From Rebecca billardiae RCC1528 (Eukaryota > Protista > Haptophyta): a stretch of DNA of 64,000 nt. A program made the position numbers and the translations under genes. Of this stretch, positions 34,672 through 45,232 are shown piece after piece. Where the stretch lies: positions 1,054,001-1,118,000 of the forward strand of contig OZ251247.1 of assembly GCA_965240325.2 (NCBI GenBank). Direction: 5' to 3'. The notes under the pieces were generated by a model. The model was not told the DNA's origin and ran no database searches. It was given only the letters and a program-made list of their open reading frames with translations. Position 1 is the stretch's first letter; each line of letters begins with the position of its first letter.

Positions 34672-36135
34672 TCATCCGAAGTTGCCGCCGCTGACGCGCG
34701 GCAGTCCGGGGATGCGCACGGGCGGCTCCTGCTCTGTCGCCGGCCCAGTCGGGTCCAGCCCGCTCACGCCGCGGCCGAGCGCCGCGCACCGGGCGCCGCA
34801 CGAGTGCACGCCTCCGTCCGCAGTCACGTACAGCGCGTGGACGGAGCCGAGCGCGCAGCCAACCACGCGCGCGTGCGCGAAGGCGGGGAGCGGCGTGAAG
34901 CTCGCGTCGCCTGGCAAGTACAGGCTGCCGAACGCGTGCACGCGGCCGTCCACGCCCAGCACAGCGCTGCTGCAGTAGCCAGCGGTGGCGCGCACAGCGT
35001 GCACGACACCAGACAGCGCCTCCACACGCTTGGGCAGGTGGCGCGCGATGCGACCACCGTGGCCGAGGCAGCCAGCCCAGCCAGCCCCGAAGGTGTGCAC
35101 ATCGCCCGCAGCATCCACCAGCAGGCTGTGCTCGCCGCCCGCGCTCACGTGCACGGCGCGCAGGCCCGCGAGCGTCTCGATGTGCCTCGGCGTGTGCTGA
35201 AGCTCCTGGGCATCGTGGCCGAGCTGGCCGCAGTAGCCTTGGCCACACGCGTAGACAGCGCCACTGGCAGCGAGCAGTAGCGTGTGGCATTCACCCGCGG
35301 CGATGCCGCCCACGCGCACGGCATCCAGCGCCTCGATGCGCGTCGGCTCCCACCGGTCCTTCCTGTCGCCGTGGCCGAGCTGGCCGCGGTTGTTGCGGCC
35401 CCAGCTGTACGCACCGCCGGCTGCGGTGAGCGCGAGGCTGTGTCCCCCACCTGCGGCAATGCACACCACGGCGTCAGGTGAGACCCCAGATATGAGCTCG
35501 AAGGAGCGCCGCGTGGCTGTGCCGCCCAGCCCGAGCTGGCCCCACCAGTTGTCACCGCAGCCGTACACGGCGCCGGCGTCGCTCAGCGCGAGCAGGTGGT
35601 GGGAGCCAGCGGCCACCGCACGCACGCGCACTGTCGCGAGCGCAGCGACGCGCATGGGTGCGCACACCGCGTCGACGCGAGCAGCGCCATGCCCCAGCGC
35701 AGCGTGCGCGCGAGGCTCGCCGGCCTCGTCATTGTCCTCGCCGCACGTGTGCAGCCCGCCCTCCGCGTCCACAAACGCGCTGAAGCCGTCACCGCACGCG
35801 ACGACAGCCGAGTGCGCGCGCGTGGAAGCGGCCACGCACTCGCGCGCAAAGAGTTCATCGGACCAGCTGCACGCACTGGGCGGCAGCGCGGGCGGCAGCG
35901 CGCGAGCGTGCCCGCGCGCGCGCGCTCGCTCGCGCAGCGCGTGCTCGACCGGCGAGCGGCCGCCGGGCGCGCCGCGGAAGAGGCGCGAGGTGGCGTTCGC
36001 CGCTGCGATGTCGCGCACGTCGTCAAAGCAGCGCGATATGCGCTCGATCAGCTCCACGGGCAGGTCGTTCAGTCCCAGCGCACGCCCCGCCGGTGCGATG
36101 AAATGGGCGCGTCGCGTGCTGTTGGTTGGCGCCAT
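34672..36135 (-). CDS. F-box-like + RCC1-repeat protein, copy G
   Basis: MAPTNSTRR...LNDLPVELIERI...RLFR, RCC1 repeats. Confidence 0.9.
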   Translation of the reverse strand: MAPTNSTRRAHFIAPAGRALGLNDLPVELIERISRCFDDVRDIAAANATSRLFRGAPGGRSPVEHALRERARARGHARALPPALPPSACSWSDELFARECVAASTRAHSAVVACGDGFSAFVDAEGGLHTCGEDNDEAGEPRAHAALGHGAARVDAVCAPMRVAALATVRVRAVAAGSHHLLALSDAGAVYGCGDNWWGQLGLGGTATRRSFELISGVSPDAVVCIAAGGGHSLALTAAGGAYSWGRNNRGQLGHGDRKDRWEPTRIEALDAVRVGGIAAGECHTLLLAASGAVYACGQGYCGQLGHDAQELQHTPRHIETLAGLRAVHVSAGGEHSLLVDAAGDVHTFGAGWAGCLGHGGRIARHLPKRVEALSGVVHAVRATAGYCSSAVLGVDGRVHAFGSLYLPGDASFTPLPAFAHARVVGCALGSVHALYVTADGGVHSCGARCAALGRGVSGLDPTGPATEQEPPVRIPGLPRVSGGNFG

Positions 36136-36296
36136 GGTTTGATCGCGGCGAGGCGCAGCCGATGACGGTTGGCCGGCACTATTTTTGACGATATTATCGT
36201 CTGATATTTTCAATTCGCCTTGTCTTCAGAGCCGACGTGCTGCCACTGCTCGTGTTGCGCGGGATGCGACGCGCCGCACCCGCCAACGCGCGCACG

Positions 36297-37790
36297 TCAG
36301 CCTGCGCCGCAGCCGGCCAGCAGCGGCAGGCCATCGATGCGCAAGGTTCGCGCCATCTCCTCCACCTCCAGCGCCTCCGCCTCCGCGCCCACGTCGCGCC
36401 GGCTCACGCCGCGGCCGAGCGCCGCCGCCTGCTCGCCACACGAGAACACACCGCCGTCTGCAGTCACGTACAGCGCGTGCATCCCGCCGAGCGCGCAGCC
36501 CACCATGTGCACGTGCGCGAACGCAGGAAGCGGCGTGGACCTCACGCCGTCTAGCGAGCGCAGGCAGCCGAACGTGTGCACGCGGCCGTCCGCGCCCAGC
36601 ACCGCGCTGCTGTAGAAGCCAGCGCATGCGCGCACGGCGTGCACGACACCGGACAGCGCCTTCACACGTTTGGGCAGGTAGAGTGTGCGGCCATCGCCCT
36701 GGCCGAGGCAGCCACCCCCGTCCCTTCCGAAGCTGTGCACGCCACCCGCCGCATCCACCGCCAGACTGTGCCGCTGGCCCGCGCTCACGTGCACTGCGCG
36801 CAGGCCCGCAAGTGCCTCGATGCGCCTCGGCGTGTGCTGATTCTGCTCGTCGCCGTGGCCGAGCTGGCCGAGGTAGCCGGGGCCGCACGGGTACACTGCC
36901 CCACCGATCGAAAGCAGCAGCGTGTGGTCGCCCCCTGCCGAAATGCCGCCAACGCGCACGCCCTCCAGCACCTCGATGCGCGTCGGCTCGCACCTGTCCT
37001 TCCTGTCGCCGTGGCCGAGCTGGCCGTAGCCGTTGTAGCCCCAGCTGTACGCTCAGCCCGCGGCGGTGAGCGCGAGGCTGTGCCACCCGCCTGCGGCAAT
37101 GCACACCACGGCGCCGCACGCAACCCCAACGACATATTCGAACGTGTGCCGCGTGGCCCTGTCGCCCAGCCCGAGCTGGCCGAAGCCGTTGCGGCCACAC
37201 GCGTACACGGCGCCAGCCTCGCTCAGCGCGAGCAGGTGGTGGTTGCCAGCTGCCACCGCACGCATCCGCACTGTCGCGAGTGCAGCGACGCGCAGAGGCA
37301 CGCACACCACGTCGACTTGGTCGGCCCCATGCCCCAGCGCAGCGTAAGCGCGAGGCTCGCCCGTCCCGTGCTCAGCTTCCTCGCCGCACGTGTGCAGCCC
37401 GCCCTCCGCGTCCACAAACGCGCTGAAATCGCGGCCGCACGCGACGACGGCCGAGTGCGCACGCGCCAGCTCGTGCGTGCGCGACAGCACCGCCATCAGC
37501 GCTGCCGCCCACGTGCACGCAGCCGGCGGGAGGGTCGTCGGGACGGCGCGCTCGAGCCCACGCGCGCGCGCTCGAGCGCGCAGCGCGTGCTCGACAGGCG
37601 AGCGGCCGCCCGGCGCGCCGCGGAAGAGGCGCGAGGTGGCGTTGGCGGCGGCGAGATCACGCGCGGTATTGAGGTGGTGCATGATGCGCTCGATCAGCTC
37701 TGGGGGCAGGCAGGCCAGCGGCGGCTGCGACGGCGAGCTCGCGAGGGCGTGCGCACGAGCCGCGCCGCTGCTCTGGCGCGTCCGAACCAT
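36297..37790 (-). pseudogene. F-box-like + RCC1 copy H, interrupted by one in-frame TGA
   Basis: ORFs 37053-37793 and 36297-36971 are in the same frame. TGA at 37055-37053 lies in LTAAG*AYSWG, where most paralogs have Cys. Confidence 0.8.
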
Positions 37791-37970
37791 CACGTTCGCT
37801 GCTCGCTGACGGGGCGAGGCTCGCCGCGTGCCTCAGGCAGCAGCCGGTAAGTAAGCCTGCGTTCCGGAGCTTGCTGGAATCACAGAATCAAGCAGTGTCG
37901 ACACTGGATCAGCCTTGCAATCATGACACCGCCCGCTAGATAGCGGCGTCCGGCCTACGCCGGGTCCAGT

Positions 37971-39488
37971 TTAGGAGTCAGCTTGCACCGCACTCCCGCC
38001 GATACCGACAGGCTGCACGCGCGGCAGGTGCGCGATGCGCGTGAGCGCGTGGGCGGCACTGGAAGGGTCCGTTGCCCTCGTCAGCCCGAGGCCGAGCGCT
38101 GCCGACTGCGCTCCGCACGAGTGCACGCTGCCGTCCGCCGTGACGTGCAGCGAGTGGGCCATACCGAGCGCGCAATCCGTCACACGCGTCTGCCCGTGGT
38201 GAACCACGCGCGTGGGCTGAAGGGCGCTCGTTACCGTCACGCCGAGCCCCAGCTGGCCATGGCGGTTGTGCCCAAACGCGTGCACGCTGCCGTCCGCGCC
38301 CAGCACAGCGCTGCTCGTGGCGCCAGCGCTGGCGCGCACAGCGCGCACGACACCGGACAGCGCCTCCACACGTTTGGGCAAGTAGAGCCTGCGGTCATCG
38401 CCGTGGCCGAGGCAGCCAGCCCAGCCCCTTCCAAAGGTGTGCACGCCACCCGCCGCATCCACCACCAGGCTGTGCCCATCGCCCGCGCTCACGTGCACTG
38501 CGCGCACGCCCGCGAGCGCCTCGATGCGCCTCGGCGTGTGCTGCTCCTGCTGGTCGCCGTGGCCGAGCCGGCCAAACACGCCATCGCCCCACGAGTAGAC
38601 GGCACCACTGGTGGTGAGCAATAGCGCGTGACGTTCACCCGCAGCGACCCCCCCAATGCGCACGCCGTCCAGCGCCTTGATGCGCGTCGGCTCCCACCGC
38701 TCCTTCCTGTGGCCGTGGCCCAGCTGGCCGTGGTAGTTGTAGCCCCAGCTGTACGCGCAGCCAGCGGCGGTGAGCGCGAGGCTGTGGTAGGCGCCTGCGG
38801 CGAGGCCCACGTAGACATCACCACGGGGCACGGCGATGGCGGCGAAGGAGCGACGAGTCGTCGTGTCTCCCAACCCGAGCTCACCGAAGCGGTTGCTGCC
38901 GCAGCCGTAGACGGCGCCGGCCTCGCTCAGCGCGAGCAGGTGGAGGCCGCCAGCGGCCACCGCACGCACCCGCACTGTCGCGAGTGTAGCGACGAGCATA
39001 GGCACACACACCACGTCGACATGGTCGCCCCCATGCCCCAGCGCAGCGTGCGCGCGAGGCTCGCCGGCCTCCTCCTCCTCCTCGCCGCACGTGTACAGCC
39101 CGCCCTCCGCGTCCACAAACGCGCTGAAATTGTAGCTGCACGCGACGACCGCTGAGTGTGCGCGCGCAGACGCGGCCACAAACTCGCGTGCAAAGAGCTC
39201 ATCGGACCAGCTGCACGCAATGGGCGGCAGCGCGGGCGGCAGCGCGCGAGCGTGCCCGCGCGCGCGCGCTCGCTCGCGCAGCGCGTGCTCGACCGGCGAG
39301 CGGCCGCCGGGCGCGCCGCGGAAGAGGCGCGACGTGGCATTGGCGGCGGCGAGGTCGCGCACGTCGTCGAAGCAGCGCGCGATGCGCTCGATCAGCTCCA
39401 CGGGCAGGTCGCTCAGTCCCAGCGCACGCCCCGCCGGTGCGATGAAGTGGGCGCGTCGCTCGTGAGCCGTGCTGTTGGTTGGCGCCAT
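37971..39488 (-). CDS. F-box-like + RCC1-repeat protein, copy I (mosaic)
   Basis: G/L-type N-terminus, an A/B-type internal blade and a C/E-type QADS C-terminus. Confidence 0.9.
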   Translation of the reverse strand: MAPTNSTAHERRAHFIAPAGRALGLSDLPVELIERIARCFDDVRDLAAANATSRLFRGAPGGRSPVEHALRERARARGHARALPPALPPIACSWSDELFAREFVAASARAHSAVVACSYNFSAFVDAEGGLYTCGEEEEEAGEPRAHAALGHGGDHVDVVCVPMLVATLATVRVRAVAAGGLHLLALSEAGAVYGCGSNRFGELGLGDTTTRRSFAAIAVPRGDVYVGLAAGAYHSLALTAAGCAYSWGYNYHGQLGHGHRKERWEPTRIKALDGVRIGGVAAGERHALLLTTSGAVYSWGDGVFGRLGHGDQQEQHTPRRIEALAGVRAVHVSAGDGHSLVVDAAGGVHTFGRGWAGCLGHGDDRRLYLPKRVEALSGVVRAVRASAGATSSAVLGADGSVHAFGHNRHGQLGLGVTVTSALQPTRVVHHGQTRVTDCALGMAHSLHVTADGSVHSCGAQSAALGLGLTRATDPSSAAHALTRIAHLPRVQPVGIGGSAVQADS

Positions 39489-39652
39489 GGTTCAATCGCG
39501 AGCGCACTGTGCGCAGCCGCGACGACGGTTGGCCGGCGCACTGCTTTCGTCGATCATCATTTGATTTCTTGACGAATTGTTTTGTCGAGCCGTGGTTGTC
39601 GCTCAATCGTGTCAGCACGCGGTGCGACGCACCGCGTCGGCCAACGCGGTCG

Positions 39653-41144
39653 TCAGCCCGCACCGCCGCCGGCAAGCGGCGGCAGCCCGTCGACGCGCAC
39701 GGGACGCGCCCAATCCACCGCAACCAGCACCTGCGCCTCCGCGTCGCGCTGGCTCACACCGCAGCCGAGCGCCGCGCACGGCTTGCCGCACGAGTGCGCG
39801 CCGCCGTCTGAAGTCACAAACAGCGCGTGGGTGCGGCCGAGCGCGCAACCGATCACGCGCGCGTGCGCGAGGGCGTGGAGCCGCGTGGGCAGCCGCACTT
39901 CGTCTGCGCGGCCTGGCAGCCTGCCGAACGTGTGCACGCTGCCGTCCGCGCCCAGCACAGCGCTACTGTCTGCACCAGCGCTGGTGCACACAGCGCGCAC
40001 AACACCCGGACAGCGCCTCCACACGCTTGGGCAGGTAGAGCGTGCGGCCATCGCCATGGCCGAGGCGGCCACCCCAATCAGGCCCGAACGTGTGCACGCC
40101 ACCCGCCGTGTCCAGCACCAGGCTGTGCGCACCGCCCGCGCTCACGTGCACGGTGCGCACGCCCACGAGCGCCTCGACGCGCCTCGGCGTGAGCTGATGC
40201 TCCTGGTCACCGTGGCCGAGCCGGCCGTGTTGGCCGTCACCGCACGAGTAGACGGCGCCACTGGTTGTGAGCAGCAACGTGTGTAATGCTCCCGCATCAA
40301 GCCCACCGATGCGCACGCCGTCCAGCGCCTCGATGCGCGTCGGCTCCCACCGGTCCTTCCTGTCGCCGTGGCCGAGCTGGCCCCAGCTGTTGAAGCCCCA
40401 GCTGTACGCACACCCAGCTGCGGTGAGCGCGAGGCTGTGGGTGTAGCCCGCAGCGATGCACACCACGGCGTCACACGGGAGCCCAGAGACCAGCTCGAAA
40501 GAGTGCCGCGTGGCCTTGTCGCCTAGCCCGAGCTGGCCGAAGCCGTTGTGGCCGCAGCCGTACACGGCGCCGGCCTCGCTCAGCGCGAGCAGGTGGTGGC
40601 CGCCAGCTGCCACCGCGCGCATGCGCACCGTCGAGAGCGCAGCGACGCGCATGGGCGCGCACACCACGTCGATTTGGTCGGCTCCATGCCCGAGCGCAGC
40701 GTGCGCGCGAGGCTCGCCGGCCTCCTCCTCCTCCTCGCCGCACGTGTGCAGCCCGCCCTCCGCGTCCACAAACGCGCTGAAGTTGTAGCCGCACGCGACA
40801 GCCGCTGAGTGCGCGTGCACAGAGGCGGCCACGCACTCGCGTGCAAACAGCTCGTCAGCCCAGCTGCACGCGCTAGGCGGCAGCGCGGGGGGCAGCGCGC
40901 GAGCGTGCCCGCGCGCGTGCGCTCGAGCGCGCAGCGCGTGCTCGACCGGCGAGCGGCCGCCCGGCGCGCCGCGGAAGAGGCGCGCAGCGGCGTTGGCCGC
41001 GGCGAGGTCGCGCACGTCGTCGAAGCAGCGCACAATGCGCTCGATCAGCTCCACTGGCAGGTCGCTCAGCGCCAGCGCACGCCCCACCGGAGCGACGAAG
41101 TGGGCGGCGGCGCGTCGCTGCTGCCGCCGCGTCGTTGGCGCCAT
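39653..41144 (-). pseudogene. F-box-like + RCC1 copy J, +1 frameshift
   Basis: Extra C at about 40005-40007 (ACACCCGGACAG vs ACACCGGACAG in paralogs). Homology shifts from ORF 39963-41147 to ORF 39653-40132. A homopolymer sequencing error cannot be excluded. Confidence 0.78.
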
Positions 41145-43260
41145 CAAGACTGGCCGCGGCAGAGAGCCTCGATGGAGGCCGTTTTGAACGCGCTCGCGCG
41201 CGGCGAGGTGACGCGTGCAGGGGCGTTCGGCGCGGTGGGCCCCTCGAGGGCGTCAGGATGGACCGCGCCCAGGCGGCTCTCCGCGCCGTGCGAGGCCGCG
41301 GCGCGCGGGGGTACACGAGTCGACCTCCGTTCTGGCGGCCGAAGGTACGAGCCCATTTCCGCAAACGCGGCAAAATGTTTATTTTCGTGTACTAGGTGGC
41401 CCGTCGCCGATGACGCGGGAGGCAAGGGTGGCGGCAATGACAAGGCGCCCCCGCGGGCGGGGCGCGGTGGGCGAGGCGGACATACCTGATGGCGAGGCGG
41501 AGGCGGAGACGCAGGTGGAGGCGAGCGGCGGCGTGGCGAGCGCGGTGGCGACTGCGCACGCGGGTTGCGAGCGCAGCTCGGCTGAGGCCACGACACGCGA
41601 CGAGTCGAGCGGCCGACCGCTGGGAGCGGAAGTGAGTCAGGAGGACATGGAGGCTGCCCATGAGGGCCTGAAAGCCAAAGTGCGGGACATGGACGGGTGG
41701 GCGGCGCTGTCGTTGCGCTCGACGACTGGCCACATCGAGGCTCTCGCGCTCAGCCAGACGGTGATCGCGCACGACGACGCGTCTCCCTGGGTCAGCCCAG
41801 AACTTTTCAGATCCGTCACATTCCACCGGCGCGACGGCGCGATCATCGTACGGGTGGGCGAACGCTCGCTCGGTCCGAAGTTCGCGTGCTGGTGCACGAG
41901 CGCCGACAACAGCCGCTGCGTGTGCGCGCCAGGCGAGCTCCTGCGGATGCTACCCGAGCGCGCAGCTTCCACGCGCGCGGGCGGGCTCAAGTCGGTCGCC
42001 AGGACGTGGCTGAAGGTGCTCGACGTCGTGAGCAAAGCAGAGCTGTGCCAAGGCGTGTCCGACCCGCTCGTCGCCGCGGCGCAGCGCGGCGATTCAACCG
42101 TCGCAGCGCACAGCCCCGCTGAGCGCGTCACGTTCTACAACGAGGACGGCCAGCTCGTGGACGCGTTCGTGCACCGGGACCCTGGCTGGTACTCTCCGCC
42201 ATCGCACTCGCTTCCACCCGTCCCAGCCCACTACGTCAAGCTCCGTCGGGGGCCGGCCGCTGACTCAGCGAAAACATTTGAAAAGAAATGGCCGTCCACC
42301 GCGCGGGCAGCTTCGCTCTGGTCGTGCGCGTGCGCGTAGGCGAGGGCTGTGCGACGGCGCGTCAGGTGGGCTGGTCTGGTAGTACCTCAGAAACCCTTCC
42401 GGCGCTCATGTCTCGGCTTCCCGGCGTCTTCTGCGCCCATTCTCACTAGCCGAGCGGGTGCGTTTCAACAACAGGCCGGCAGGCGCCTACGCCACCGCTT
42501 CATCGCACAGAGTAGGCTGCAGGAGCCAGGCGCGCGCTGTCTGGAGAGAGGGCCAGTGTATATGTTTCCAATGCGCGCGCGCTCAAGGCGCCATTCGAGC
42601 GCGTGTCGCGGGCAGAAGCGGACTCAGTAGGCAATGCTTGGCTTTGGCGACCGTTGCAGTCGAGCAGCGCTAGCAGGCGGAGGAGGGCCCAAGGCGGCAC
42701 ATGTCTGCTGCGCCGAAGGTCGCTTACACGTGTGCACTGAGGATGAGCGCAACACGCCGCCGCTCCAGCCATCTCAGCCGCCGCAGTCAAGCGCGCGCGA
42801 CGGGCGCTGTGACGGGCCTTGGTGCTCATCTCGCCTCGAGGCGCACCTGCGCGCACTGTGTCCGGGAGCTCAAAACATGCCGTGGGCATGTTTTGAGCCC
42901 GCTGAGCCGAAGACGGGCTCCCGGAGGCTTTCTGGGACGGGTGGAGGGCTGTGCCCGCCGAGTAACGATGGCGGCGCAGTCCGGAGGAGAGTACCAGACA
43001 GACCGGGACCGCTGCGCGCTGCTGCTGTTGGAGTCGTACCACCGAGCCGGCGACAAGGGCGCACGCGCGCACCGCGTGGCCCAGGACGTCGGCGGCGCAG
43101 GCACGGCGCGCGGCGCGAAGCGTGACCGACTCGTGTGCGACGCGTGCTTCGGTGTGCGCAAGTCGCTCAAAAAGGCGCGCCGCCGGGCGAAGGCCGTGGC
43201 GGCTCCGACGGCGGCGAGCAGGTACGCCCCGTACTCGCGCATGAGCCTGGGCACGGCCCT
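41145..43260 (+). mobile_element. Probable truncated DNA transposon (N-terminal part of a transposase-like gene)
   Basis: Unrelated block between J and K, starting CAAG immediately beside J's ATG. ORF pieces 41410-42339 (..LCQGVSDP..) and 42968-43276 (RCALLL...CDACFGVRKSLKK...SRYAPYSRMS) resemble, from memory, the Cys-rich region upstream of P-type transposase cores. No DDE core or second TIR seen. Confidence 0.45.
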
Positions 43261-43573
43261 TGGTTGGTGGGCGTAAATCTCGCCTGCTGCCTGAGCTGTG
43301 ATGATGTGCGTCATCTCGTATTCTTAGAAAGCTTTGTTACGGCGGCGGCTGAGTTGACTAATAAAAGTATAATAAGCTAGAGACGCGCACACAGCTCATC
43401 AGGCAGGCGCGATCGCGATCATTAACATTCATATCGCGTCCGCATCATCGCGCAGTAGTCGTGTGCATTGTCGCTGCGCAACCTAGCTCGTCCGGTCAGT
43501 AGCAGAGCTGACGTGCTGCTGCTCGTCGTGTCAGCGCGCTCGGTGCGACGCGCCGCGTCGGCCAACGCGCAAG

Positions 43574-45010
43574 TCAGCGTGCGCCATCAACGGCCAGCGG
43601 CGGCAGCCCGTCGATGCGCACGGGCCGCACCAACTCCTCCGCACCCAGCGCCTCCGCCTCCGCCTCCGCCTCGTCGTCCAGCCGGCGCAGGCCGCGGCCG
43701 AGCGCAGCGCACGGCTCGCCGCACGAGTGCGCGCCGCCGTCTGCAGTGGCGAACACAGCGTGGGTGTGGTTGAGCGCGCAATCAACCACGCGCACGTGCG
43801 TGAGGGCGTGCAGTAGCGCGGGCAGCCGCACTTGGTCTGCGCGGCCTGGCAGCGTGCCGAACGTGTGCACGCTGCCGTCCGCGCCCAGCACAGCGCTGCT
43901 GTCGCGGCCTCCGCACGCGCGTGCAACATGCACGACACCTGCCAGCGCCTCCACACGCTTGGGCAGGAAGAGCGCGCAGCCATCGCCGTGGCCGAGGCAG
44001 CCAGGCAAGCCACCTCCGAAGGTGTGAACGCCACCCGAGGAATCAACCACCAGGCTGTGCAACGCGCCCGCGCTCACGTGCACGGCGCGCACGCCAGCGA
44101 GCGCCTCGATGCGCCTCGGCGTGAGCTGATGCTCCTCGTCGCCGTGGCCGAGCCGGCCCAGCTTGCCGTCACCGCACGAGTAGGCGGCGCCACTGGTCGA
44201 GAGCAGTAGCGTGTGCAACCCCCCCGCAGCGAGCCCACGGATGCGCACGCCGTCCAGCGCCCCGATGCGCGTCGGCTCCCACCGCTGCTTCGTGTCGCCG
44301 TGGCCGAGCTGGCCGCAAATATTGTTACCCCAGCTGTACGCGCAGCCAGCGGCGGTGAGCGCGAGGCTGTGGACTGCACCGGCGGCGATGCACGCCACGA
44401 CGTCGCAGGTGAGCCCATCGATCAGCTGGAAGGAGTGCCGCGTGGCTTTGTCGCCCAGCCCGAGCTGGCCGTAGTCGTTGCCGCCGCAGCCGTACACGGT
44501 GCCGGCCTCGCTCAGCGCAAGCAGGTGGTGGCCGCCAGCTGCCACCGCACGCACGCGCTCGCCTGTGAGCGCAGCGACGCGCATGGGCACGCACACCACG
44601 TCGGCATGCACAGCCCCGTGCCCCAGCGCAGCGCGCGCGCGGGGCTCGCCCGTCTCGTCATCCTCCTCCTCGCCGCACGTGTGCAGACCGCCCCCTGCGT
44701 CCACAAACGCGCTGAAGTTGTAGCCGCACGCGACGACCGCCAAGCGGGCGCGCGTACAAGCGCCCACGCACTCGCGTGCAAACAGCTCCTCGGTCCAGCT
44801 GCACGCACTGGGCGGCAGCGCGGGCGGCAGCGCGCGAGCGTGCCCGCGCGCGCGCGCTCGCTCGCGCAGCGCGTGCTCGACCGGCGAGCGGCGGCCGGGC
44901 GCGCCGCGGAAGAGGCGCGAGGTGGCGTTCACCGCGGCGAGGTCGCGCACGTCGTCGAAGCTGCGCGCGATGCGTTCGATCAGCTCCACGGGCAGGTCGC
45001 TCAATCCCAT
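43574..45010 (-). CDS. F-box-like + RCC1-repeat protein, copy K (N-terminal leader deleted)
   Basis: Starts MGLSDLPVELIERI; near-duplicate of L. Confidence 0.88.
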   Translation of the reverse strand: MGLSDLPVELIERIARSFDDVRDLAAVNATSRLFRGAPGRRSPVEHALRERARARGHARALPPALPPSACSWTEELFARECVGACTRARLAVVACGYNFSAFVDAGGGLHTCGEEEDDETGEPRARAALGHGAVHADVVCVPMRVAALTGERVRAVAAGGHHLLALSEAGTVYGCGGNDYGQLGLGDKATRHSFQLIDGLTCDVVACIAAGAVHSLALTAAGCAYSWGNNICGQLGHGDTKQRWEPTRIGALDGVRIRGLAAGGLHTLLLSTSGAAYSCGDGKLGRLGHGDEEHQLTPRRIEALAGVRAVHVSAGALHSLVVDSSGGVHTFGGGLPGCLGHGDGCALFLPKRVEALAGVVHVARACGGRDSSAVLGADGSVHTFGTLPGRADQVRLPALLHALTHVRVVDCALNHTHAVFATADGGAHSCGEPCAALGRGLRRLDDEAEAEAEALGAEELVRPVRIDGLPPLAVDGAR

Positions 45011-45232
45011 GGTTTGATCGCCCGTCGCGGCCCGCGCGGAGCCCTCGCCGGCGCAGCTGCGACGACGGTTGGCCGCGACTTCCTCGCGATTTATTGACGC
45101 GAATGAATTCGTCGAGTTTTTTTTGGTTCGTCAGTCGTTTGTCGCTCCAACCGCCTGTAGTAGAGCCGGCGTGCTGCTGCTCGTTGTGTCAACGGCGCGC
45201 GGTGCGACGCGCCGCGTCGGCCAACGCGCACG

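Noticed and set aside
32039-35290. 1083-aa ORF as one protein fusing an RCC1 region to the TM-HET/TIR-like gene
   Set aside because: The first 293 codons are an alternative frame of copy G plus spacer, and the ORF reads through two stop-free introns. The likely start is 34411.
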